In this document: piece after piece, positions 47,747-56,050 of the stretch
How positions within the stretch are numbered: the first letter of the stretch is position 1
Layout of the letters: each line of letters opens with the position of its first letter
NCBI GenBank assembly: GCA_015066405.1
Contig: SVOM01000006.1
Coordinates: forward strand, 2,319-66,318
Direction of reading: 5' to 3'
DNA from: Oscillospiraceae bacterium
GTDB taxonomy: Bacteria > Bacillota > Clostridia > Oscillospirales > Acutalibacteraceae
Length of the DNA stretch: 64,000 nucleotides
Notes under the pieces: generated by a model
Told to the model about the DNA's origin: nothing
Databases searched by the model: none
The model's input: the letters and a program-made list of their open reading frames with translations, nothing else
Position numbers and translations under genes: made by a program

Positions 47747-48195
47747 TTAAATTGGCAGGATTTATCCTTATAACCGCCGCGGCAACGCTAACGGGTGTTA
47801 ATTTATCGGCAGGTCTTAAAAAACGTGCCGAAACGCTTAATTGGTATGTAAGAACAGTGGGTATTATTGGCGATAAAATACGTTATTCTTCGGCTGAGCT
47901 ATCAACAGTTTTGGAGGAAATACCAAATCACGATGGTTTTTTTGCAGTGCATAGTCCGTTTAGGGTTGAGGTACTGCAAAACGGGCTTAACCCTGAGGAT
48001 GCCCAAACCGTTAACGAGTTTTTTTCGCGGCTTGGTATGGGGGATGTTGCCGAGCAAATTAATATTTGCAAAATGTATATGAAAGAGTTGGAGTTTAGAT
48101 ATGAGGATGCCAAACGGGAGTTTAAAGAAAAATCTAAACCCATAAAGACACTCGGCTTTTTTGCGGGACTCGGTATATCGATTATTTTAATTTAA
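47734..48195 (+). CDS. spoIIIAB: stage III sporulation protein AB
   Basis: 153 aa, in operon position, overlaps the end of AA. Confidence 0.85.
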   Translation: MLFVIKLAGFILITAAATLTGVNLSAGLKKRAETLNWYVRTVGIIGDKIRYSSAELSTVLEEIPNHDGFFAVHSPFRVEVLQNGLNPEDAQTVNEFFSRLGMGDVAEQINICKMYMKELEFRYEDAKREFKEKSKPIKTLGFFAGLGISIILI

Positions 48196-48204
48196 GGTGA
48201 TAAA

Positions 48205-48399
48205 ATGGATGTTGATTTTATTTTTAAGGTGGCGGCAATAGGCATAATTGTAACGGTGCTTCATCAGGTGCTTGTGCGCTCGGGCCGTGAGGAGCAGGCA
48301 ATGCTTACTACCCTTGCAGGACTTGTGGTGGTGCTTTTAATGATAGTTAATGTTATCGGCGAGCTTTTTGCAACGGTAAAATCGGTTTTCGGGCTTTAA
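48205..48399 (+). CDS. spoIIIAC: stage III sporulation protein AC
   Basis: 64 aa with two TM helices. Confidence 0.85.
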   Translation: MDVDFIFKVAAIGIIVTVLHQVLVRSGREEQAMLTTLAGLVVVLLMIVNVIGELFATVKSVFGL

Positions 48400-48401
48400 A
48401 A

Positions 48402-48788
48402 ATGGAACTGTTTGAAGCACTTGGCATCTGCCTTATAGCAGTTATGCTGTCGGTGGTTATCGGAAATTATAAAAAGGAATATGCAGTTGTAATAACCGTA
48501 GCGGTGGGGTGCATTATTCTTGTGGGGGTAATCAGCACGCTGGTGGGTCCCGCAAAAGAGTTTTTAAGTACGCTTAAAAACTCGGGCATACAAAGCAGTA
48601 GGTTTTTTCTTGCGGCAAAGGTTTTGGCAATAGGGTACATAACGCAGTTTATTGCCGATACCTGCCGCGATTTTGGACAAAGTGCAGTGGCCGCAAAGGC
48701 CGAGCTTGCAGGTCGCGCGGCAATTTTTGTTTTAACAGTGCCCTTGCTTCAAGAACTATTTACGGTTGTTACAACGCTTATAGATTAA
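48402..48788 (+). CDS. spoIIIAD: stage III sporulation protein AD
   Basis: 128-aa membrane protein. Confidence 0.85.
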   Translation: MELFEALGICLIAVMLSVVIGNYKKEYAVVITVAVGCIILVGVISTLVGPAKEFLSTLKNSGIQSSRFFLAAKVLAIGYITQFIADTCRDFGQSAVAAKAELAGRAAIFVLTVPLLQELFTVVTTLID

Positions 48789-48790
48789 CA

Positions 48791-49891
48791 ATGAAAAAGA
48801 TAGTTGTTTTAATAGTTTTGATTTTTTTATTTTCGTTCTCGGTGTCGGCCACCGATATGTACAAGCAAACGGCACAAAACACCAGCGTTAACGAAATAAA
48901 TGAGATTATACCCGAAGAGGTAAAGGAATTTTTCGAGAGCAACAATATTGATATAAACGATTATAATTGGAACAAAAATCTTACCGCAAAAAGCGTGTTT
49001 TCGCATATATGGTCATTTTTAAGAAGCGGCGGAAATGCGCCCTTTAAATCTTTTTTGGCGGTGTTTGCGGTTATGATTTTTTCGGCCGCCGTAAAGGCAT
49101 TCACACCTGATAACAGCAAGCTTGCCGAAACAATTAATTTTATATTTTCCTTGCTTGTCAGTTTAAGCATCGCCGATGGTGTGGTGGGCGTAATCTCGGC
49201 ATCGGTTTCGGCTATAAAAGGCACCGGTGTATTTATGCTGTCATTTATACCCATTTATTCGGGTATAATTTTGCTTTCGGGTTCGCCCTCGGCCGCCTCG
49301 GTGGCGGGCGGTATGCTGCTTCTTGCCGCCGAGATTATTGTACAAGCCGCCGCATTTGTAATAGTGCCGCTTATGTGCGCGTATTTTGGGCTGGGACTCG
49401 CCTCGGGTGTGTCGCCGCTAATAAAGGATAATTCGCTCGTATCCACCGTAAAAAACGTTGCCCTTTGGATTTTAGCACTTGTATTTACGGCATTTGCGGG
49501 GCTTCTATCTTTGCAAACCACCCTTAGTGCCGCGGCCGACACGGTTGGCGTTAAAACGGCTAAATTTTTTGTGGCATCCTTTGTGCCTGTGGCGGGACCT
49601 GCGCTCAGCGAAGCACTCACAACCGTTACGGCATCGGTACAGCTGCTTAGAAGCTCGGTAGGGCTTTATGCCGTGGTGGCGGTGGTGCTGATACTCTTGC
49701 CGCTTATTTTCGAACTGTTTTTGTGGCGTATAGTTATAATGGTTTCTTCCGCTGTGGCAAATATGATGTCGGTTAAAGCGGTGGGCGTTTTAAAGGCTGT
49801 AGATAGCTTGTTGGCATTGCTTATGGGTATGATTTTGTTTGTGGGTGCGCTTTTTGTTATATCAATATCGGTGCTTATCAAAAAAGGGTGA
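48791..49891 (+). CDS. spoIIIAE: stage III sporulation protein AE
   Basis: 366 aa, signal peptide plus polytopic membrane domain. Confidence 0.88.
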   Translation: MKKIVVLIVLIFLFSFSVSATDMYKQTAQNTSVNEINEIIPEEVKEFFESNNIDINDYNWNKNLTAKSVFSHIWSFLRSGGNAPFKSFLAVFAVMIFSAAVKAFTPDNSKLAETINFIFSLLVSLSIADGVVGVISASVSAIKGTGVFMLSFIPIYSGIILLSGSPSAASVAGGMLLLAAEIIVQAAAFVIVPLMCAYFGLGLASGVSPLIKDNSLVSTVKNVALWILALVFTAFAGLLSLQTTLSAAADTVGVKTAKFFVASFVPVAGPALSEALTTVTASVQLLRSSVGLYAVVAVVLILLPLIFELFLWRIVIMVSSAVANMMSVKAVGVLKAVDSLLALLMGMILFVGALFVISISVLIKKG

Positions 49892-49895
49892 AACA

Positions 49896-50330
49896 ATGGA
49901 AGCATTAAAACAAATATTAATAGGCTTTTCCGCAGCGGCGATTTTTATCGGCGCTTTGACAGGCCTTTACCCATCGGGAAACATACAAAAATCGGTTAAA
50001 TATGCAGTATCACTTCTTTTTTTATGTATATGCGTTGCACTGTTTACGGCGGTGCAGAGGGTTAAAATTGATATAAAAATACCGAGTGTGGAAGATAGCA
50101 CAAAATCGGTAACCGCCGCGGCCGATGTACAGGCCGAGTATCTATGTAAAACTCTACTTACGGAAAACGGGATAACCTATAAAAAAGTGGCGGTAGATAC
50201 TAATATTAACGAGGGCGGCAGCATATATATTAACAGTATAACGGTGTATACCGACTGTGAAGAAAAAAAGGTCAGAGAAGTTTTGGAAAAAACGGTGGAC
50301 GGGAAACTGGTGACGGTTATATATGAATGA
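49896..50330 (+). CDS. spoIIIAF: stage III sporulation protein AF
   Basis: ATG at 49896 (MEALKQIL), two N-terminal TM helices. Confidence 0.8.
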   Translation: MEALKQILIGFSAAAIFIGALTGLYPSGNIQKSVKYAVSLLFLCICVALFTAVQRVKIDIKIPSVEDSTKSVTAAADVQAEYLCKTLLTENGITYKKVAVDTNINEGGSIYINSITVYTDCEEKKVREVLEKTVDGKLVTVIYE

Positions 50331-50859
50331 TAAATTACAGGCGGTGCTAACACGTCTAAAAAACGGAAAATTGATACTGATTCTCGGCATTCTCGGTGTT
50401 GTGTTGATTTTGCTTTCAGGTCTTGCACCAAAAGAAACACAAAGCGTAGTTACGGCGGACAATTTTGATGCTGTGGCTTATCAGCAGCAGTTGGAAAAGG
50501 ATATAGAAAAGCTGGTTAAAGATATTACCTCCTGCCGTGCAACAGTGGTTATAACGCTGGACAGTGATATTAAATATAACTATGCTGATGAAACAAAAAT
50601 TTCCGACAGTATGCGTGAGTCCGATACCGCAACGGACAAATCGAGTGATGGCGAGAAAAATCGGGTAATAATTACCGATTCTTCGGGTAACCAAAAGGCG
50701 CTTGTTGTAAATAGGGAGCTGCCGCAAATACGCGGTGTGGCGGTTGTGTATGACGGCGCAAACAACGAACTGACCAACGAAAAAATAAAAAACTGTCTGA
50801 TGGCAACATTATCGGTAACATCAAAAAGAATATACATATCCGGAAAGGGAGGAAAATAG
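50323..50859 (+). CDS. spoIIIAG: stage III sporulation protein AG
   Basis: 178 aa, N-terminal TM helix, C-terminal LPQIRGVAVVYDGA. Confidence 0.85.
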   Translation: MNDKLQAVLTRLKNGKLILILGILGVVLILLSGLAPKETQSVVTADNFDAVAYQQQLEKDIEKLVKDITSCRATVVITLDSDIKYNYADETKISDSMRESDTATDKSSDGEKNRVIITDSSGNQKALVVNRELPQIRGVAVVYDGANNELTNEKIKNCLMATLSVTSKRIYISGKGGK

Positions 50860-50862
50860 GTT

Positions 50863-51390
50863 ATGAAAAAAGGTAAGGTTTTAGGGAAAAGTCAGTTGGT
50901 GCTGGCGGTTATGATTGTGGCACTCGGTGCGGCGGTGTGGCTTAATATGCGATATCAGCCAAATGAGAACAAGTATTTAGGCGAAGCCGAGTTTGTTGAT
51001 GGTGCCGCTGACAGCGAGTCGCTCGAAACATCGGCAAATGCCGAAGATTATTTTACAAAATCGCGGCGCGAGCGAACCGAACAAAGAGCCGAAATTAAAG
51101 AAGAATTAGCCGAAACTATCAAGAGTGCAGGGGACAATGCCGATGTTATAAAAACTGCGGTTGATAAGGCGGCTTCCATTGCCGCACGGCAAACGGCGGA
51201 GGGCAATATCGAAACACTGCTTAAAGCCAAGGGCTTTACCGAAGCACTGGCAATTATAGGCGATAGCGATATAAATATTGTGGTAAAAGCCGATAGCTTA
51301 AGTGCGGCACAAACACTGCAAATTCAGGATGTTGCAAAGGCACAAAGTGGGTACACGGTTGACAAAATTAAAATTCTTACTGTAAAATAG
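50863..51390 (+). CDS. spoIIIAH: stage III sporulation protein AH
   Basis: 175 aa, N-terminal TM helix, charged linker, C-terminal ring-building-like domain. Confidence 0.85.
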   Translation: MKKGKVLGKSQLVLAVMIVALGAAVWLNMRYQPNENKYLGEAEFVDGAADSESLETSANAEDYFTKSRRERTEQRAEIKEELAETIKSAGDNADVIKTAVDKAASIAARQTAEGNIETLLKAKGFTEALAIIGDSDINIVVKADSLSAAQTLQIQDVAKAQSGYTVDKIKILTVK

Positions 51391-51475
51391 TTGAGTTTAC
51401 GGCAAAATGTGGTATAATAGAGGTAACGAATATATTTTCTCTAAAATAAACGATGTTGAAACGGAGGATTTTAAT

Positions 51476-51832
51476 ATGTCAAATATAAATGTTTCGGGCG
51501 GTCTTGGTATAAACACCGATGTAATCGAAAAGATGGTAACCATCGCTTCTTTGGAGGTTGAGGGTGTTGCCGCGCTTTCTAACCGCAACCTTGATATTAA
51601 AAGCGTTGTAAGCGGTAATTCGCCGCTTAAACCCGTTAAGGTAACTGCCAAAAACGGTGCGGTTGATATAAGCGTTTATATCTCGGTAAAACCGGGCTTC
51701 AAGGTAAAAACCGTTGCTGAAGCGGTGCAGGTAAACGTTAAAGACAAATTGCAGGATATGACAGGCAATGCCATAACGAGAGTTAATGTTCTTATCGCCG
51801 ATTTAGCAGAAGAAGAAATTGCAGAAGATTAA
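51476..51832 (+). CDS. Asp23/Gls24 family protein
   Basis: ATG at 51476. Contains INTDVIEKMVTIASLEVEGVAAL. Confidence 0.85.
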   Translation: MSNINVSGGLGINTDVIEKMVTIASLEVEGVAALSNRNLDIKSVVSGNSPLKPVKVTAKNGAVDISVYISVKPGFKVKTVAEAVQVNVKDKLQDMTGNAITRVNVLIADLAEEEIAED

Positions 51833-51859
51833 TTTTTAAATAAAAAACGAAATAATTCA

Positions 51860-51895
51860 GGCCAAGTACCGTTAAGGAACTTGGCCGATTTTTTT
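51860..51895. terminator. bidirectional terminator (asp23 and fic converge)
   Basis: GGCCAAGT pairs with ACTTGGCC, followed by a run of seven T. Confidence 0.8.
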
Positions 51896-52496
51896 ATAAA
51901 TCTTCTGTTTTAAAAGTAGTATAATCTTCGTAATAATAACTATGGTCAATACCCTTCATAAACACTTCGCGGTCATTTATTTTATCTGTTAAAGCGTTTT
52001 TAAAAATATGCTTGATTTCAATATCTTTAATGGGGCTGCGTTCCATAGCAAGTAAATAGTCGTCTTTATCTACCAGGCTCCAATCAATCACTTTACCTAT
52101 TTCGCGTTTTAATATACAGTCAAGCCAGATACGAGCTGCTCTGCCGTTGCCTTCACGAAACGGATGAGCGATATTCATTTCGATATATTTTTCGATTATC
52201 TCATCAAAATTTGATTGTGGCATTTTATCAATATTATGAAGGGCGGATTCCAAATACATTACGGGCGCAAAACGGAAATTTCCTTTTGCAATATTAACTG
52301 TGCGGATTTTTCCTGCAAAATCATAAATATCTTGGAATAAGGCCTTATGAATTGCTATAAGGGACGATGTTGTACCTGCTTCTAAATTATCAAGAACTCC
52401 GTTTTCGAATAACTCTCGCGCTTTCTTCTTGCTGATTTTCTCCTCTTCACGGGCAAGTTCGGCAGAATCTGTTATTCCAAGTTTATTTTCAAGCAT
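51894..52496 (-). CDS. fic: class III Fic (Fido) AMP-transferase with a C-terminal inhibitory-helix-like motif
   Basis: HPFREGNGRAARIW active-site motif. C-terminal SYYYED. About 200 aa. ATG at 52496 with an AGGTGAAGG RBS. Confidence 0.88.
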   Translation of the reverse strand: MLENKLGITDSAELAREEEKISKKKARELFENGVLDNLEAGTTSSLIAIHKALFQDIYDFAGKIRTVNIAKGNFRFAPVMYLESALHNIDKMPQSNFDEIIEKYIEMNIAHPFREGNGRAARIWLDCILKREIGKVIDWSLVDKDDYLLAMERSPIKDIEIKHIFKNALTDKINDREVFMKGIDHSYYYEDYTTFKTEDL

Positions 52497-52566
52497 TCCT
52501 TCACCTCTTTTTTGCAATTCTATACTAATAGTATATCATATAAAAATAAGTATTACAATATAAAAA

Positions 52567-52590
52567 TCCGTCCGAAGCAATTCGGGCGGA
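52567..52590. other. orphan GC-rich hairpin between divergent fic and spoIIE
   Basis: TCCGTCCGAA-GCAA-TTCGGGCGGA, with an A-run upstream and TAAATTTT downstream. Confidence 0.4.
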
Positions 52591-52658
52591 TAAATTTTGA
52601 TTATTGCATATACATAATCGCAATTCCCTTTAGGCAGGTCTTTTTATATTTTACTGTC

Positions 52659-52746
52659 TTCGACAACAGTGTAAAAATAAAAACAAAAAGAAACTAAAAG
52701 TTCGGTGTTGTTTTGACAAAATAGTAGGTAGGACAAGCGGTATAAT
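52659..52746 (+). promoter_or_regulatory. spoIIE promoter with a 22-nt spacer and two Spo0A-box-like elements
   Basis: TTGACA (52713-52718), 22-nt spacer, TATAAT (52741-52746). TTCGACAAC is at 52659-52667 and TTTGACAAA at 52712-52720; both are reverse complements of the TTTGTCRAA type. Confidence 0.5.
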
Positions 52747-52777
52747 AGTATCACAAAAACTATCGGCGGTGAAAAGT

Positions 52778-55087
52778 ATGAAAAATGAATCGGTAATCAG
52801 TTCCTTGTCCACTACACCTACGCTAACCGATATAATCGGTGCGGTTGCGAAGCATTTAATTTTTGCGTTTTTGGGTTTTTTAACTACGCGCGGACAGCTG
52901 TTAGGAGCATTAGTTCCTTTTGGACTTTCCTTTACGGGCGGTGTAATGAGTCCATACATATTATCCTCGGCCGCGGGTGCGGCAATGGGCTATTTGCTTG
53001 CCCCCGCCGAATTATCTTTTTTTAGATATTTAATAACGGTGCTCGGCATTGCCGCTGTGCGCCTACTTGCAAACGGCACATTTAAAGGCGCCGTAAAACC
53101 GTTTTTTTCGGCTTTATCTGTGGCGGCGGTAACCTTGGCAACGGGGCTTGTTGCGGTAAAAAGTGAAACCATCGAGATAGTATTAGCCGTGGCCGAGGCA
53201 CTAATCGCCGCGGGTGGTGCCTATTTCATAAACCGCGCGTTAGAGGTTATAAAAAGGGATACTGTAGGCGTTTCGGGCGAAGAATCAGGCGCAATGCTTA
53301 TAACCCTTGGCATACTTTTGTCGGGCCTTTTAAGTATCACTTTAGGCGAAATTGTTTTCGGCAGAATTATCGCTTTCACGCTGGTCCTCATTATTTCAAG
53401 GTTTGCGGGCGTTGTGCCATCAGGTATATTTGGCATAACCTTTGCCGTTATTTCTCTTTTTTCAGGTGCCGATGCCGCCGTTTCGGTAATTTTGGCTTTT
53501 TCGGCGCTTATTGCGGGTACCTTTTCTTCACTTGGCAAATACGGCGTTCTAACGGCGTTCGCTATATCGATTTTTGCCTGCTCTGCCGTTATTTCTTCTG
53601 ATAGTATCGTAACATATTTAATAGAAACTGCCGTGGCGGCACTTATATATATTCTCGTGCCAAGAACGGCGGGCGTTAAAATCGGAAAAATATTAGCACC
53701 CTTGCCCCAAACCGAGCCACCTGAGGGACTTAAAAAATCGGTTACGATGCGCCTTAAAAATGCATCCAATGCGCTAAAGGATGTATCCGATACGGTTGAA
53801 CAGGTGGCGGGCGAGCTATCTCGCATTAATGCTCCTGATTTTTCGGATGTTTTTGATGGCGTTGAGGAAACCGCCTGTCGCGGTTGCACCCTTCGTGTGC
53901 ACTGTTGGGAAAGCAAACGAAACGACACAGTTTCGGCGGTTATTGATATGACAAAGGCGGTAAAACAGGGGGACGGCGAGCCCGAAAATCTCGCACCCGA
54001 TGAATTTCGCGGCAGATGTGTGCGACTGCAAGAGGTTGGCAATGCGGTTAGACGGCATTATACCGCGTATGCCGCGCGTATTTCGGCGGAATCGCGCATT
54101 GATGAGGTCCGCAGTGTTATCGCCGACCAGTTTTGCGGCATATCAAGCCTGCTTGGCGATTTGGTAACCGAAATCGATGCGGGCGAGGTGTTTGATAATG
54201 CCGCCGCAAACAATATTTTGGCGGCACTAAAAAGCATTGATGTTGTGGCTGACGGATGCTGCTGTAAAATAGATAAATACGGCAGGATGAGTGTTGAAAT
54301 CCGCATAAAAAACACAAAGGATACCGTTATTAACCGTATGCAAATAATGCGGCAGGCTTCTCTTGCGGCATCACGTGATTTTGATGCGCCGTGCGTGTCG
54401 GCCTTTGGCGATGAAACCATTATCAATATTATAGAAAGATGCACCCTTAAAGCCGATATAGGTGTTAATCAAATAATATCGGCTCCCCACACACTTTGCG
54501 GCGATGCATATAGATATTTCCCCGATGGCAAGGGTAGGTTTATTATGGTGCTCAGCGATGGTATGGGTACGGGCGGCCGTGCCGCAGTGGATTCCGCAAT
54601 GGCGGCGGGACTTATAGGGCGCATGATAAAGGCGGGCTTTGGGTATGACTGCTCGCTTAGTATTTTAAATTCATCAATGATTTTTAAATCGACCGATGAG
54701 TCAACCGCAACAGTTGATATAGCGGCAATTGATTTGCATACGGGCAGGTGCGATTTGCTAAAGGCGGGCGCCGCACCGACCTTGGTGCGCCGAAGCGGCA
54801 GAACGGGTAAGGCGCAAAGTACCTCGCTTCCTGCGGGTATTTTGCGAGATATATCTTTCGATAAAGCAACTATACGGCTACGCCCGGGCGATATATTATT
54901 GCTTATGTCGGATGGTGCCACACAGGAGGGCACCGAGTGGATATGCGCCGAGCTTGAAAATTGGGGTAACGGCTCAGCCCAAGAGCTTAGTGAGCATATA
55001 TCCCAATCGGCAAAACGCAGGCGCCAAGATAATCACGAAGATGATATTACCGTTATGGCGGCAATAATAGAAAAAGCGGAATTTTGA
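52778..55087 (+). CDS. spoIIE: stage II sporulation protein E (PP2C phosphatase with a polytopic N-domain)
   Basis: About 10 TM helices, then a central domain, then a C-terminal PP2C domain (VLSDGMGTGGRAA, LLMSDGA). Confidence 0.92.
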   Translation: MKNESVISSLSTTPTLTDIIGAVAKHLIFAFLGFLTTRGQLLGALVPFGLSFTGGVMSPYILSSAAGAAMGYLLAPAELSFFRYLITVLGIAAVRLLANGTFKGAVKPFFSALSVAAVTLATGLVAVKSETIEIVLAVAEALIAAGGAYFINRALEVIKRDTVGVSGEESGAMLITLGILLSGLLSITLGEIVFGRIIAFTLVLIISRFAGVVPSGIFGITFAVISLFSGADAAVSVILAFSALIAGTFSSLGKYGVLTAFAISIFACSAVISSDSIVTYLIETAVAALIYILVPRTAGVKIGKILAPLPQTEPPEGLKKSVTMRLKNASNALKDVSDTVEQVAGELSRINAPDFSDVFDGVEETACRGCTLRVHCWESKRNDTVSAVIDMTKAVKQGDGEPENLAPDEFRGRCVRLQEVGNAVRRHYTAYAARISAESRIDEVRSVIADQFCGISSLLGDLVTEIDAGEVFDNAAANNILAALKSIDVVADGCCCKIDKYGRMSVEIRIKNTKDTVINRMQIMRQASLAASRDFDAPCVSAFGDETIINIIERCTLKADIGVNQIISAPHTLCGDAYRYFPDGKGRFIMVLSDGMGTGGRAAVDSAMAAGLIGRMIKAGFGYDCSLSILNSSMIFKSTDESTATVDIAAIDLHTGRCDLLKAGAAPTLVRRSGRTGKAQSTSLPAGILRDISFDKATIRLRPGDILLLMSDGATQEGTEWICAELENWGNGSAQELSEHISQSAKRRRQDNHEDDITVMAAIIEKAEF

Positions 55088-55094
55088 TATTATC

Positions 55095-55123
55095 TTTACA
55101 TTTCAATTTTTATGTGGTAAAAT
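55095..55123 (+). promoter_or_regulatory. sigma-A-like promoter
   Basis: TTTACA, 17-nt spacer, TAAAAT. Confidence 0.6.
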
Positions 55124-55129
55124 GTGCTT

Positions 55130-55224
55130 GCGACACTAACTGAATAATAGTTTCTCTATGTGGGATGATACCTTGGTAAAAGGTGTCTTCCTCTAATTCC
55201 GCATAGGGAAATGGTTAGTGTCGC
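55130..55224 (+). ncRNA. unclassified three-segment hairpin leader (riboswitch or attenuator candidate)
   Basis: Nested helices: GCGACACTAAC with GTTAGTGTCGC, CTATGTGG with CCGCATAG, and GATACCTT with AAGGTGTC. The internal loops are asymmetric. Confidence 0.45.
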
Positions 55225-55249
55225 AGCTATACCGAGGGGACACTTTTTC

Positions 55250-55277
55250 GGCACACTCTTCGGGGTGTGCTTTTTTA
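55250..55277 (+). terminator. intrinsic terminator 19 nt before the downstream start codon
   Basis: GCACAC-TCTTCGGG-GTGTGC followed by TTTTTT. Confidence 0.75.
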
Positions 55278-55295
55278 TTTTACGGGGGTATTTGT

Positions 55296-55724
55296 GTGAA
55301 ACGGAAATGGTACGCTCTTTTAGCGTTATCGTGTTTAGCTGCTATAATATGTTTTGCCTTTTTAGTTGCAGCTATCGCATTAACTGTTATAGATGTTACC
55401 AAGTATGATACTTACCAAATTAAAATTGAAACCATTTGTATTGAAAATAACAATGTTGGTAGCGAGTGGTCAAAAATATTCATAATGGATGGGCAAGAAA
55501 TTTCAAATAAACATAGGATAAAAGTGCCCAAAGGTGAAATAGTGGAGAAAACTATGAATGTTAAAATAACCGAGCACGACAAATACTCGGACTCGGCTTG
55601 TGTAGATATGAATTTTTTGCTACGCAAGAATGAGAGGGTTGTAAAAACCGTAAAAGTGATTGAGGATAACGGGAGATATAAAGGCAATACAGCAAGCTGG
55701 AAGATAAAAATCTCGGTAAAATAA
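55296..55724 (+). CDS. N-terminally anchored hypothetical membrane protein
   Basis: GTG at 55296 with a GGGGG RBS. Begins KRKWYALLALSCLAAIICFAFLVAAIALTVI. Confidence 0.6.
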   Translation: MKRKWYALLALSCLAAIICFAFLVAAIALTVIDVTKYDTYQIKIETICIENNNVGSEWSKIFIMDGQEISNKHRIKVPKGEIVEKTMNVKITEHDKYSDSACVDMNFLLRKNERVVKTVKVIEDNGRYKGNTASWKIKISVK

Positions 55725-55736
55725 ATTTTATAACCC

Positions 55737-55770
55737 AAAAGCTCCTTGGCTGACAAGTCAAGGAGCTTTT
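55737..55770. terminator. bidirectional terminator
   Basis: AAAAGCTCCTTG pairs with CAAGGAGCTTTT. Confidence 0.8.
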
Positions 55771-55939
55771 AATTTTGTTTTCGCACAACACCGTATTCAT
55801 CATCAAGTCGAAAATACGGGCAGTTTTTTTGATTTCCCGATAAAAACCGCACGTATTCATCCTCATCAAATGCGGCAACGCAAACATACTCTTGGGTTTC
55901 TTCATCAAAAACAAAATTTACACAATTTTCGCAATTCAT
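55769..55939 (-). CDS. small Cys-rich acidic protein (56 aa)
   Basis: ATG at 55939 with a GGTGA RBS. Sequence MNCENCVNFVFDEETQEYVCV...CPYFRLDDEYG. Confidence 0.65.
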   Translation of the reverse strand: MNCENCVNFVFDEETQEYVCVAAFDEDEYVRFLSGNQKNCPYFRLDDEYGVVRKQN

Positions 55940-56050
55940 TTTTATCACCAAATGTATAATATCACAAATTTTTTCTCTTTGCAAATTATTGTATTATTTC
56001 GCATTTTATGATATATTAATTATATTAATATTTTGATAGGAGAAACGTTT

